A stretch of DNA of 64,000 bases from Lytechinus pictus (Eukaryota). A model generated the notes under the pieces. It was not told the DNA's origin, did no database searches, and saw only the letters and a list, made by a program, of their open reading frames with translations. Location of the stretch: positions 12,650,001-12,714,000 of the forward strand of contig NC_087251.1 in NCBI RefSeq assembly GCF_037042905.1, given 5' to 3'. Position numbers and translations under genes: made by a program. Position 1 is the first letter of the stretch. Every line of letters starts with the position of its first letter. Shown one piece after another: positions 14,001-26,218 of the stretch.

Positions 14001-14309
14001 GTATATTCTGTAATTAAAGAACTGTAAATACTCTCTACTTCATACAAACCCATTCACCTATCACGTACATGTATGGAATAACAAGGATGTTACTGTTGGT
14101 TTTGCCAACTTTTTGCATGAACAGAGCAAGATGATAAGAATTTTCAATGTACTGTGATCTACAAGGTATGTACAGTGTATGTAAAACAAATTGGCATAGA
14201 TCACAGCTGAAATGGGCCTTTACTCCTCCATGATAATATATTATAAATAATTCAAATCATACAGAATGGACCACAAGAACTGAAATCCACAAAAAAATAG
14301 AGTTGATAT

Positions 14310-15293
14310 TTAAACTAAACCATTCATGAAATCCATCACAAATATTGGCTCACCTTTCTTCCTGCAGGTATGCCAACAGGCTTCAAGAGTGGTGTCCTCC
14401 AGACCAGCATAGAAGACGTAGATGACTGGTCCGATGATCCCACTGAAAGGAAGCACTATCCCGAAAACCCACTGGAAAACCACCGTTGGAATACTCACAT
14501 TGAGATTAGCACCAAAGATGGCTACCACTCCAGGGAAGCGGAAGGCAACAGTGCTGAGCATCATGAGGCCAACACGTTTGACCAGAGCTGCATTCTTCTG
14601 GATGACTCTTGCTTCCATGGGTGTTACCCCTACAGTGTTGCGCTGTTGCTTGTGGAGCTGGCAGGCGGTGACGACGATGAGCATGAGCAGGATGATGATA
14701 GACAGACCATCCATGGAAGCCAGGACTAATGTGTAGATCCACATTGGTTGTTTCTCTAGCATGGTATGAAGTGGGAGACAGAGATAAACCTTGGATGTCT
14801 GTTGGGCTTCAGCAAACACAGGGAACGGTATCAGAGGCACTACAGCGAAGAGACCAACCAACACCCACTCTGCAATAAGAACGATCCTCAAGGCATTGAG
14901 GTACGACTTAAGGTTCTTGAATCGCCTTGGCAACAGGAGACGGAGAAGGAAGCTACTGGCTAAGGTCACCATGGTCCACATGCACATGGTGGACGTGGCA
15001 ACACCTACGAAGCTTGCAAAGCTACATAGAGCCTTGATGACAGTTTCATCTTGATGATGGCTTAGAACAATGTTTGTGGTGAGGATAACATAAGGATGGA
15101 GGCAGAGAAGGAGGTAACAGAAGAGTAAATTGTGAATAAGGAAAGCATCTACAGGTATCTCTCGCTTCCGGACCACACCCAAGATGAGGATAATGATGTT
15201 GACTACAAGTACAGCTGTTGCCACTGTCCACATGACAAAGGGAAGGACCTCATCTTGGGTCAAAGAATTGATTTCCTCTTGAGGTTCTTCCAT
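14310..15293 (-). CDS. Rhodopsin-class 7TM receptor domain, LGR/RXFP/GRL101-like, encoded in one exon; probably spliced at 14354 rather than read to the stop at 14310
   Basis: 327-aa ORF with seven hydrophobic segments. LGR-type hallmarks: TM1 VLPFVMW..VLVVN, TM3 LCSFASFV, ECL2 YLCLPLH, TM7 WVFGIVLPFSGIIGPVIY. Strong donor AAG|GTGAGC with the exon ending at 14354 (phase 1). Confidence 0.88.
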   Translation of the reverse strand: MEEPQEEINSLTQDEVLPFVMWTVATAVLVVNIIILILGVVRKREIPVDAFLIHNLLFCYLLLCLHPYVILTTNIVLSHHQDETVIKALCSFASFVGVATSTMCMWTMVTLASSFLLRLLLPRRFKNLKSYLNALRIVLIAEWVLVGLFAVVPLIPFPVFAEAQQTSKVYLCLPLHTMLEKQPMWIYTLVLASMDGLSIIILLMLIVVTACQLHKQQRNTVGVTPMEARVIQKNAALVKRVGLMMLSTVAFRFPGVVAIFGANLNVSIPTVVFQWVFGIVLPFSGIIGPVIYVFYAGLEDTTLEACWHTCRKKGEPIFVMDFMNGLV

Positions 15294-16673
15294 GGTTATC
15301 CTTTTAATACTACTATAATTGAGAAAAAAATAACACTCTACACTATGATGTTCTTCAAGAACAGGAGTACTGTCTAGTTAAATTGGGTTCATGAATAACA
15401 TTGTTTCTAAATCCTTGGATCCAATATGCTGGAGCCTCAAGGTCTCCTTTAATGAAACAGCTACCATCCCATGTCAATGTTTGATGCAGTTGCTTTCTTC
15501 ACAGTAATATCACAATATCAGCAGCACACATCACATTGTATGTGCAATCTTCCCTCTTTATACAAATGTTCTCCACAGCTCATTTAAACCAGAGTAAATC
15601 CATTTCAAAATCTGTGCCTCTTCTTTGTGAATCCATTCACATTATAACTTCCTGAGAGGGTTTCCTTTCATGGTTACTCTTTGGTTCTCTCCTCAACCAT
15701 CTGTATTTTAGTTTGCATCAGGTTAAATTTCAGATAAAACAATCCAGCTAAATCTTCCCTATGGTATAAGCCACTGCATCATACAATCCAACAAATTTAC
15801 CAAGCAAGATCCTAGGGGGATAAAAGGAGAAAACACATAAATGCAATAAAAAATAGACCATTTACATGTATATCATACAAATCAATTTCAACATCACAGA
15901 TTTATGGTTTCAAAAGACCAAGTCTAAAAACAACACTTTAGAAGTCATAGTTGTAACAAATATTTGTTCAAACAAAACAACAGCAAAAATATATTTTGCC
16001 ATTATAATGTGTATCATATTTAAATAACTTCCATTACACTGATCCTTTTATTCTGGCTGTAGGCAATAATACCTTACAAATTAAAGATACATGAAAAAAA
16101 GTCACATCATATATCTGCTCAGAAAAACAGCATGAAAGTATATACCGGTATATTAAATGGTATTAACTTTTATGAGATAAGCCTTTCCCTAAACTGCAGT
16201 TAAAAATAATCACTGACCTTTGAGGTACCATCATAAATATATTCCTTTCTCAATCAATTGTACATTTCTTCATCATCAGTACCAAACACTCACATGTTAA
16301 TCGAATTATTACATTAACAGAATAATAGGAATATTAAAACTCTAAATTCAAAATTACAATGAACAGTGTCAATGAACTGACTGAAGTTTGATAATAACCA
16401 GCAACAGTTTCTTATGAAGATCTGCTTTACCGCTTCTTCTAAGCGAAAGACAAAATTATGCCTGCCAGCAAGAAAATATTGTTCATTACTGAAGATTCTA
16501 GTGGAAAATATTACAAATTGCCAAACATATTAAAATTAAATCACATACATGTATCTTAAAAACATTCCAAGTGATGATGATCCCGGGATGATCATGTACA
16601 TGTAGCAAGAAAGGCCAAGGATGCCGGGCAAGGATGGATGTTCTTTAGGATGAAAAAGTTATACCACACTCAC

Positions 16674-17100
16674 CTAATAAACTCCCCGAAGGTACCGGGG
16701 GAACATTTCTTAGACGTGCAGGGCGATGCGAATCAATGCAACTTTGCAAGTGGTTCTCAACAAAACTGGTAGCCGGTAGCTCTCTTGATGATAAAGAATA
16801 TCCAGTCCACGTCTGTTTTAGTAACCAACAGTGAACAGATTTCAATAGTTGTGAATCAATACTTGGCGCAGAATGAACTTAATTGTTATTTTAACACTTA
16901 ACAGTGATGATAAATTCCAACAAAAATGCGAATGGTTACGCCTCCCCGAGCTCAGCTAGCGGCACACGCACCTCTCGTTCGATCGGCCAGCTGATTAACG
17001 GTGCGAAGCCCATTTCATGAATGAGCGTTGTGTGTACGGTGTCTACGGTACGTCTTCGCGTGGGGATTCCTCATAATAGGTCACACGCGAATCGCACGTG
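16674..17100 (-). promoter_or_regulatory. Probable promoter and non-coding first exon of the 7TM gene
   Basis: Local CpG-rich island (~16930-17100) with E-boxes CACGTG and CAGCTG, followed on the minus strand by a consensus donor TAG|GTGAGT at 16674/16673. Confidence 0.5.
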
Positions 17101-17846
17101 TGTGTATTAAATTCACAACAATACATGTATTCTTGCCCAGAACAGAAAGTAAACATACAAACAGACATAAGTATTGTGTAGCATTGTATACTTGGTAGGT
17201 ATTTCTTCAATATTTCACTATAGCGACCTATCTATGTGTAAAATGTATGACACTGTGATAGGTATTAAAGCAACTTCATCATTTTTTTTTACAAAAAGGA
17301 TTCATTTTCTTCAACAAAATATTAACGGAGTATTAGATATGTCGGATTTCTCCTCCACTTCTCCAATTCATTTCGCAGACCATTTTTCACAAATACATTC
17401 TTATTCTACTTTGATTCCACATCATAATTGCATCTTTTTATTTGTCATCAAAGTTTATTCTTTACATTGAAGTGCTCCTTTAATCTTTTTACTAGAGATA
17501 AATGATTTAAAATCATAATTATGCCTACTTATATTTCTCATCATATATCAATTATCACAAGTCCCTTGATGCTTTAGAATAATTTATGGAATTCCGTGCA
17601 CATCAAATATTTCATATAGTTTTCTTCCGGAGTTTTCTCTAGGGCCAAATCACAATCCCGGTCACAGTCATCATTCCTCCTTCCTTTTTTGTCGTCGTCG
17701 TCGTCTGCTACCGCTGTGATATTGATAAGCCGTTTCATAGTGCATCGACAGAGGGCGATATACCTAAGTATAAAAAAGTTCACATAGATCTAAAGTACTG
17801 TGTGGACAATGTTATTACGAAACCTGTAACCCTACCGTTATTAATA

Positions 17847-17990
<144 letters not shown>

Positions 17991-18224
17991 TATTTCTACG
18001 ACTATTTTCATTCTTTAACTTCCCCTCTTCTTCTTCCTCTTATTCTTTTTCTTCATTATCATTTTTTCTTTTTCTCACTTTTATAGCGTTTCCAACTGAA
18101 ACCGTTTTTATATTATGTCTTATTTCAACTACCACAACTACTACACATACTCGATTATTCTTTTTCCTTTTCCCCTCTTCCCTTTCTCCCTATTGGATCT
18201 TGTGACTCCTTGTTTCATCCTTTC

Positions 18225-19415
18225 CAGGGGCGGATCCAGCTTTCGCCAATAGGGGGGGGGGGGCTGAATTTTTCCACTTATTTTTTCACCGATCGGCCGC
18301 TCAAAGTTGATTTTTTTTTTTCTTTTAAGGGGTAGTCCTAACAGTTACTTCTTATTTTCCTTTAAAACGGCATAAATATGTACATGTATTAATCTATAAG
18401 CCTTTTTTAATATTGCTTGCGCGAGCTAAAATTTTTGGAAATTTTGTGTATTTTGTCTTGAAAATTGAACATTATGCTGGGCAGTGTTTGTGATCCTGAA
18501 CAAGATGTGTATGTAACACTGCAAGCTCAAAGCGCGAGCAGAAATTTTTAATGTACGTTCTGGCCTGATCAACATGTGAAGGACTGTTTGCAGTGAGCCA
18601 TGAAGACGATACATATTACAATAATGAAACAATGTGAGCGCTAAGCGTGAGCTAAAAGGTTTGGACATTCCGACCTAAAATAATTGATATTCTAGGCACT
18701 TTTAGTAATCATGAACGGGATAGGTATATGTTTTGTAAATCATGAAAAGGATGGGTAACTGGGTATCTTCATATAAGTCCTAAATTAATAATAACAAACA
18801 TAACATAACAAAATAAAGAGTATTACAAGACATTATTATCATGTATATCATATTTACGCTTATACACAGTAAAAACGCTGTTTAAAATGTTATACAACGC
18901 TGTTTACTATATGAACCTTACAGTATTTGTTTAACCGTTTAAACAATCATGTTTCATTTTTTGAAGATTAGATATTAAAAATCAAACTTTGTTGCTTAAG
19001 ATTTAAACACTTGTTTAAACTGTTAAAAAGGTTATTGTAAGGTTCATATAGTAAACAGCGTTGTATAATTATTTTTTACTGTGTAGATTTGATAAACACA
19101 CACAAAAAACGCTGCCTCAGATTATTTTTTAAGAGTAAAACGGAGGGGCTTGCCGAAAAAAAGCTTGTATAAAAGGCAAGCCCCTAACCTTACTTTCATT
19201 ACCTTATTTACACACAAATAAAAAAATAAGTTCGTAATAATAATAATAGTAATAACTACGTATGTGCACTTTGCAAAACAATCTGAAAAAGCCTAAAAAA
19301 ATAAATCATGGAAAACAATGCGAGGGCTAAGCGCGAGCTGAAAATATTTGATATTCCAATCTGAAAAAGGGTTAATTTAAGCATTATTTCAAACACTGTG
19401 TAGGAAATATTATTA

Positions 19416-19446
<31 letters not shown>

Positions 19447-19790
19447 CATCATTATTATCTTACTTATTAATCTAATAAGCCTAATGGGATCGTGAAATTT
19501 GTTGATATTATGGCCAGGAAACTGGACATTACGGCACTTTTGTAACTATGAACAGCTAGGATGCATGTTTTGATATATTTCAGCAATTAATGCGAGCGCG
19601 AAGCGCGAGCGAAAATTTTATATAGTAACATGATTTTTTCCCCAAGTTTTCCCCTCATTATTTTATTCACTCGGAATCCTACTCTTATTTTTCATCTTTT
19701 TTTTCTCCTCCTCTCTTCCCTAATTTTCTGTTTTTCTATCCCTTTTTTCTTTTGTTTCCTTCGCCAATGGGGGGGGGGGGGGGGGGGGCT
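18225..19790. mobile_element. Interspersed repeat starting CAGGGGCGGATCCAG with GCGCGAAGCGCGAG motifs
   Basis: GC-rich head plus poly-G; recurring GCGAGCGCGAAGCGCGAGC...AAAATTT units; reverse-complement similarity to 21392-22650. Boundaries approximate. Confidence 0.55.
18865..19083. mobile_element. Palindromic MITE (CACAGTAAAAA termini, TA flanks), nested in the 18225-19790 repeat
   Basis: TA-CACAGTAAAAA...TTTTTACTGTG-TA; the arms ATACAACGCTGTTTACTATATGAACCTTACA are inverted. Confidence 0.8.
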
Positions 19791-20768
19791 TTCTCAGTTC
19801 ACATGTATTAATTTTTTTCCTTAATCTCATTTTTCACCGAAATGTCTAACCCCCCCCCCCTTTATTTTAATTTGCATGAAATCCATTTTACCCCCATTAT
19901 GTATAAAGCAGCACAATTTTCTAATTTAATCTGTTCCCTTGTCTGTGAAATTGAGGCAAAGCGATCTAAATTTGGAATGTTGTGACGTCATTCATGTCGT
20001 TAGCACCACACATCACCAATTATACAATTAAAATGTTTGGCACTCAGTCGATGTGAACTATGTATTGGGTCCGAAAATATAATTATGTTAGAATTAAATG
20101 CGCGTTCTGGTGATACCTCTTTCTTTACTGAAAATCGCATTATGAGTTATACAAAAAATAAAAGAAAATATACCATTTTCTGGTGTAGCCACCCTCAAAA
20201 ATAATCAACTTGTGTTTTAGTCCATTCAAACTGTTTAAATGGCAAACTGTATACAAGCTTGTATGACGCTTTATACCATATTTTTCTGTAAAATGTTATT
20301 CCAGTGAAAAACCATTTAGAAATTCTATTTGTACATTATGAAACTTTTAAATATTGCTTGATTAAATCCAGCTTTTAAGATAAAGTTTAGAAATAATAAA
20401 AACAAAAATATGATAAACAATATATCCTCTCCCAACTGTGGACCTATCTGTAATAGGTCCTGCTTTCTCTCTTTCCTTTCACACTACCTATTTTCCCCTT
20501 TGATTTTTTTTGTTGGGGGCATGCACTGGCAAATAATAGGAAAGGGGGATATTCACCCCCATATGGTGTATAATACTCCGTACTTAAAGTGTCATGTATG
20601 CCTACATTTCCGCGTCACCCCCACCCCTTTCTCCCTCTTCTACTATCTCCCCTTTTCCAACCTCATTTTGGAGCCCTTTCTGTTTCAGATTTCCCCCCTT
20701 TCCCAACCCGCCTCTTTTAAATTATTTTGTCACTATGATATCATACGAAAGTGGGACCATTGGGTATC

Positions 20769-21281
20769 AGGACAACTACCCCCTGGACAATCACCCCCCG
20801 GACAACTACCCCCGGACAATTACCCCCCGAGGACAATTACCCCCCGGACAATAACCCCCCGGACAATTACCCCCTGAGGACAACTACCCCCCGAGGACAA
20901 TTACCCCCCGGACAATTACCCCCCGAGGACAATTACCCCCCGGACAATAACCCCCCGGACAATTACCCCCCGAGGACAATTACCCCCCGGACAATAACCC
21001 CCCGGACAATTACCCCCGGACAACTACCCCCCGGAAAACTACCCCCCGGACAACTACCCCCCGGACAATTACCCCCCGGACAACTACCCCCGGACAATTA
21101 CCCCCCGGACAACTACCCCCCGGACAACTACCCCCCGGACAATTACCCCCCGGACAACTACCCCCCCGGACAACTACCCCCTGGACAACTACCCCCCGGA
21201 CAATTACCCCCCGGACAATTACCCCCCGGACAACTACCCCCGGACAATTACCCCCCCGGACAACTACCCCCCGGACAATTA
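20769..21281 (+). repeat. ~15-bp minisatellite GGACAA(C/T)TACCCCCC (left arm of element A)
   Basis: Tandem array with variable C-run length. Confidence 0.95.
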
Positions 21282-21391
21282 CACAGAGTCATACGTCGGC
21301 CGTACGTTTGACGTAAGAAGTACTCAAGGCATTCTCGAGTATCTTGGAATCAAACATACGCCGTAAGAAAGCTGTAAAATTTAGCTCCATC

Positions 21392-22650
21392 CATAGGCGG
21401 ATCCAGGGGGCCGAGGGGCCCGCCCCCCCCCCCTATCGGCAGAGCAAAAAAAATGAAGAAAAAAAGGGGGAAAGAAAGAAAAAACGAAAAAATAAGAGGA
21501 GGGAGACGAGTGCAAAAAAAAAAGGTCAGGGGATGACTTGGAAAATGATTTAAAAATATATTTCATGTCACTATATTAATATTTTCGCACGCGCTTCACG
21601 CTCGCATAGCCTGTTCGATGAGATACACATTTTGCTAAATAGGCTGATATGTAGCTTAAAATGTCAAGTTTTGAAGACGATATTACAAAGCATATTTCAG
21701 CTCGGACATTATTCATAATTTTGTTTGATTTACAAACTGATTTTTAAGTGCTCTGTTTAATGTCTGTTTTATGGTGTGAATATAACTTGCAGCTTGCGCT
21801 ATGCGCTCGCATTATTTGATTTGCCAAATTAAATATAAAAATAAATTCTTAAAACCCCCCTTTTATGACAGTTTACCAAAAATTTCGTCTCACGATTTGC
21901 GCTCGCATTTTTGTTAAAAATATATCAACTCACAAATCCTATTCATGATTACAAAAGTGCTTAAAATATCCAGTTTTCAGGCCTCAGTGTCAACACATTT
22001 TACTCACTCATTTAGGCTTATTACATTAATAAATATGATAATAAAATTTTCATGAATTCTTAATGACTAAATTGTCCCTTTTCAGAAAAGAATATCGACA
22101 ATATCACAGTTTCATATGTTTCATATCGCGCTCAGGAAGAGGAATAAGAAAGTTGTCATCATTTTTATATGATGACAAAATGTCCTTAGACCTAGAATGT
22201 CCAGGTCCTCGGTCAAAATAATAATGAAGATATCAGCTCGCGCTTCACACTCGCATAATTTATTAAGTGCTTTCCACATCCACTTCACAATTACCATACA
22301 CAATGCTTTAGATAGTGCTCAAATTCACCATTTTCATACCGGAATATCAAGTATTTTCCGCTCGCGCTTCGCGCCCGCATTGCTTTTTCAATGAGATTAA
22401 TATCTTGCTCAATATAGGCTGATATGGAGCTTAAAATATCAAGTTTCGAAGTCAATATACAAAACATATTTCATCTCGGATATCGAGCTTTCATTATTTT
22501 TAAATTTACAAATTGATTTTTCAAGTGCTCTGTAAAATGTCAGTTTTATGGTCTAAATATTAATATTTTCAGCTCACGGTGCTTGGTCGCTATATTTGAT
22601 TTGCATAGGCCTACTTCTTTATAAATTCTTACAAACCGTCCTTAAAATGC
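21392..22650. mobile_element. Interspersed repeat (CATAGGCGGATCCAGG head) inside element A
   Basis: Same motif family as 18225-19790, with internal motifs in opposite orientation; internal direct duplication offset by ~775 bp (21640 vs 22415). Confidence 0.55.
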
Positions 22651-22841
22651 ACCTTAAACGAATTGTATACTATCATGATTGCCAATTTGTATAGAAAAAA
22701 CACTGTATTTGATTATGTCATATTGTTTACTATTTAGTAAATTTGGTACTTAATTACCTACTTTAATGTTTAATTACTTTCACCCAAGAATAATACACAC
22801 AAAAACACTTTGTAATTTACAAGGTGTTCTTGTGGGTGCCG

Positions 22842-23238
22842 GGTAAAAATGGCAGAGGTAAAAATGGCAGAGGTAATAATGGCAGAGGTAAAAATGGCAA
22901 AGGTAAAAATGGCAGAGGTAAAAAATGGCAGAGGTAAAAATGGCAAAGGTAAAAATGGCAAAGGTAAAAATGGCAGAGGTAAAAATGGCAAAGGTAAAAA
23001 TGGCAGAGGTAAAAATGGCAGAGGTAATAATGGCAGAGGTAAAAATGGCAAAGGTAAAAATGGCAGAGGTAAAAATGGCAGAGGTAAAAATGGCAAAGGT
23101 AAAAATGGCAAAGGTAAAAATGGCAGAGGTAAAAATGGCAAAGGTAAAAATGGCAGAGGTAAAAATGGCAAAGGTAAAAATGGCACAGGAAAAAATGGCA
23201 CAGGTAATAATGGCAAAGGTAAAAATGATAGAGGTATA
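22842..23238 (+). repeat. 15-bp minisatellite GGTAAAAATGGCA(G/A)A (left arm of element B)
   Basis: Highly regular tandem array. Confidence 0.95.
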
Positions 23239-23529
23239 AATGGTCAGTTTTAAACCCCCATGCCAAAAAACCGAAAAGCCCCTCCAGGTACAGTAGATTA
23301 AATATGAAAGGTTCTGAGAAGAAATTTGGAATTATAATGTTTGACTAATGGAAAGGGTAACATTTTCAAATGATGCTGTAGATCTTCTGCACCAAATTGA
23401 TAACACTTGAGTTGGTATTTCTTATTTTTTCCTAAACTTACATGCACGGTCTTCTCATGTCAAATCGCTCTTCTAATATTAAAATTTGAAGCACACTTTG
23501 GATCCCAAGTATTATACTTCATTCATTAC

Positions 23530-23994
23530 AGGGGAAATTCACACTGACATAAAGATTATTGTAGAAATAGCAGAAAATAATTAAAATGATACTGGTGGGG
23601 GTTTTAGGGAATCCATCAAAGATTTAAAAAGCTGTTAGAATTTTACATTTTAACGGTGACGTCATTTGCGAGCAGTTTTTGGTGTAATAAAAAATATCAA
23701 TGAAATGTCAATTAAAAAAAAAAATGAAAATGGCTTTTATTGTAACATACAAATCATTTCACATCCGCACCTGAAAGATTTTTTTTAGCAATCATGAACC
23801 ACTGATTAAAATATTGAAAAGTATACATTTTGGTGCATTAAATACGGGGCAGCTGCTAGTATATGACGTCACAGATCATAAAAACTCAAACTTCTAATAA
23901 CTATCTTAATCTTTGATGGGCTTGCCGCAAACTTTCACCAATATATTTTTCTGCTAATTTTACAGTAAACCATTTGTCAGGGTGAATTTCCCCA
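23530..23994. mobile_element. Kolobok-like MITE nested in element B
   Basis: TIRs GGGGAAATTCACACTGAC / GTCAGGGTGAATTTCCCC; related copy at ~55440-55896; carries TGACGTCA at 23657 and 23864. Confidence 0.7.
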
Positions 23995-24249
23995 TCAAAA
24001 CAGGTCGATTTTTCCCAAAGTAATGTAATTCAGAACTTAATATGTAAATGTGTTTATTAATTTCTCTTTGTATATATGTTTAATCGTTTTATGATTTCTG
24101 TATACAGTGTATACTGAATCATTTATTTTTATTATTATTTATTTATTTTTATTTTTATTTGTTTACTTTTTATTCATTTTATATATATATATATATATAT
24201 TGTTTATTTCTTTATTTTATCTTATTTTTTATTCATAAAATTTACTTAT

Positions 24250-24442
24250 AAAAGGGGGCCTTCACCCTACAAGCTCTGCTTTTTAGTTGGTCTCCTTCCC
24301 TTTCGATTTCATGGTATTATTGTATTATAAAAAATGATATAAATGTTATATTTTGTAAATATGTGTATTGAACTATCATTGTAAATGTAAAAAGATTGAA
24401 AGAGAAAATAAATGAATTGAATTGAAATTGAATTGAATTGAA
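24250..24442 (+). mobile_element. Probable 3' tail of a non-LTR retrotransposon (L2/CR1 group)
   Basis: GGGGGCC...GGTCTCC stem, AT-rich tract, AATAAA, then a (TTGAA)n tail. Confidence 0.4.
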
Positions 24443-25092
24443 TGGTACCTAAGAAACACCTAAAAATTCAAATCCCTGATTCGCTACACATTTCAAAATT
24501 AATGCGGTAACCGTTACCATAGAAACTAGGGTAGGAACCTGACATCCACTTGGACTAGGTGCAATGAGGTATTGCTCTGAGAAACTGAACACTAGTTGCT
24601 ATTATTATATCATTTACATTAAATTAATACGTATCATATCAATATCTATTCGGATCCATTATGATGTTGAAATATGAAAAATTGCTTTTATTGCAGAACG
24701 TTTTGTTATTTTTCTGTTATCCAAGTTATGCCAGTGGTTCAAAGAAATCCCGAACTTGTCTATTTCAGTGTGTTAATGGTAGCGCACATTGGTCTTTACA
24801 TTAAAATTTGTTTGTTATGTATGGGATGAAGTGCTGTTCTACTATACGAACTGGCCAAGATAAATACTTTCATCAATCACTAATTGAAATTATTTTGGCA
24901 TGAAATAGTTTGAGTTTGATCATATCAACGATAAAGTATAGACCTAAAATGATGAAAGAAAAATCCATATAATATCTAATCAGTTCATAATACTCCTTTC
25001 GTCGAGAGGAGTCCATTCAAGTTCAATAACTATGACTGATATTAACCGAAAAGGTTCTGTTTTTTTCCTTGTTGATGTCGCATATCATGATC

Positions 25093-25547
25093 TTTACCTC
25101 TGCCAGTTTTACCTCTGCCATTTTTACCTCTGCCATTTTTACCTTTGCCATTTTTACCTCTGCCATTTTTACCTCTGCCATTTTTACCTTTGCCATTTTT
25201 ACCTCTGCCATTTTTACCTCTGCCATTTTTACCTCTGCCATTTTTACCTTTGCCATTTTTACCTCTGCCATTTTTACCTTTGCCATTTTTACCTCTGCCA
25301 TTTTTACCTCTGCCATTTTTACGTTTGCCATTTTTACCTCTGCCATTTTTACCTCTGCCATTTTTACCTCTGCCATTTTTACCTCTGCCATTTTTACCTC
25401 TGCCATTTTTACCTTTGCCATTTTTACCTCTGCCATTTTTACCTCTGCCATTTTTACCTCTGCCATTTTTACCTTTGCCATTTTTACCTCTGCCATTTTT
25501 ACCTTTGCCATTTTTACCTCTGCCATTTTTACCTCTGCCATTTTTAC
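25093..25547 (-). repeat. 15-bp minisatellite, inverted (right arm of element B)
   Basis: (TTTTTACCT(C/T)TGCCA)n is the reverse complement of 22842-23238. Confidence 0.95.
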
Positions 25548-26218
25548 ACCGAGCCTCTCTTGTGTGTATTATCTTTGCATAAAGTTTTTTAGCTTACTGT
25601 ATTAAGTTATAAAGCCACATCTTAATCTGGAATGTGCACCAATTGTTTAATAATTCTTAGCTTCTTGTTGGTTGAACTGTTTTAAAATAACAGATTTATA
25701 GGTCTAATTGACAGTGTTAGTGTTGATAGTTGCGTTATCGACTTTCAATATTTCTACCTATAAAGGTGTCTTTTTTACGTTTTATCTATTTGCCTGATTT
25801 CTTACCTGAAATTAAACCCAAAATGAATATTTTAAAAACTCAGATCAGTTGGAATCAGAGATATTCAGCATTTGTGATTATTATGACTAATCGTGTTCAA
25901 TTGTTCTATGAAAACTTAGAATGAGGACCAGTTTACAAATTTTCTGATGTATATATGCATAGCCAAACGGGAGGTTTCGGGTGCAAGCCCCCCCCCCCCA
26001 TTTTTCATGATGCAGAAGGCGCCGCTAAACAAAAACAAAAAAGGAAAAAAGAAGAAAGTGAGAGAACAGGAGAAAGAGCAATATAAAAGAGAAAGAAAAA
26101 GTTATTAACGTAAGATAAAGAAGAAAATATTTCGGAAACCTGTGCCACCGACCAAAACTTACAATGGGTCCCGCTTAATTCTAACATTGATGCTGGAGAG
26201 AAGGGGGGACTTTCTGAA

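Larger units (their letters stand above)
22835..25555. mobile_element. Foldback-like element B with 15-bp tandem inverted arms, nested in element A
   Basis: Ends GGTGCCGGGTAAAAATGGC / reverse complement GGCTCGGTGTAAAAATGGC; flanks GTTCTTGTG (22826-22834) and TCTCTTGTG (25556-25564) form a 7/9 matching TSD. Confidence 0.85.

Noticed and set aside
14370..15377. Several plus-strand and alternate-frame ORFs overlapping the GPCR
   Set aside because: Shadow ORFs of a GC-richer coding exon, with no recognisable protein features.
20769..25547. CRISPR-like appearance of the regular arrays
   Set aside because: No unique spacers, no cas genes, and a eukaryotic spliced-gene context.
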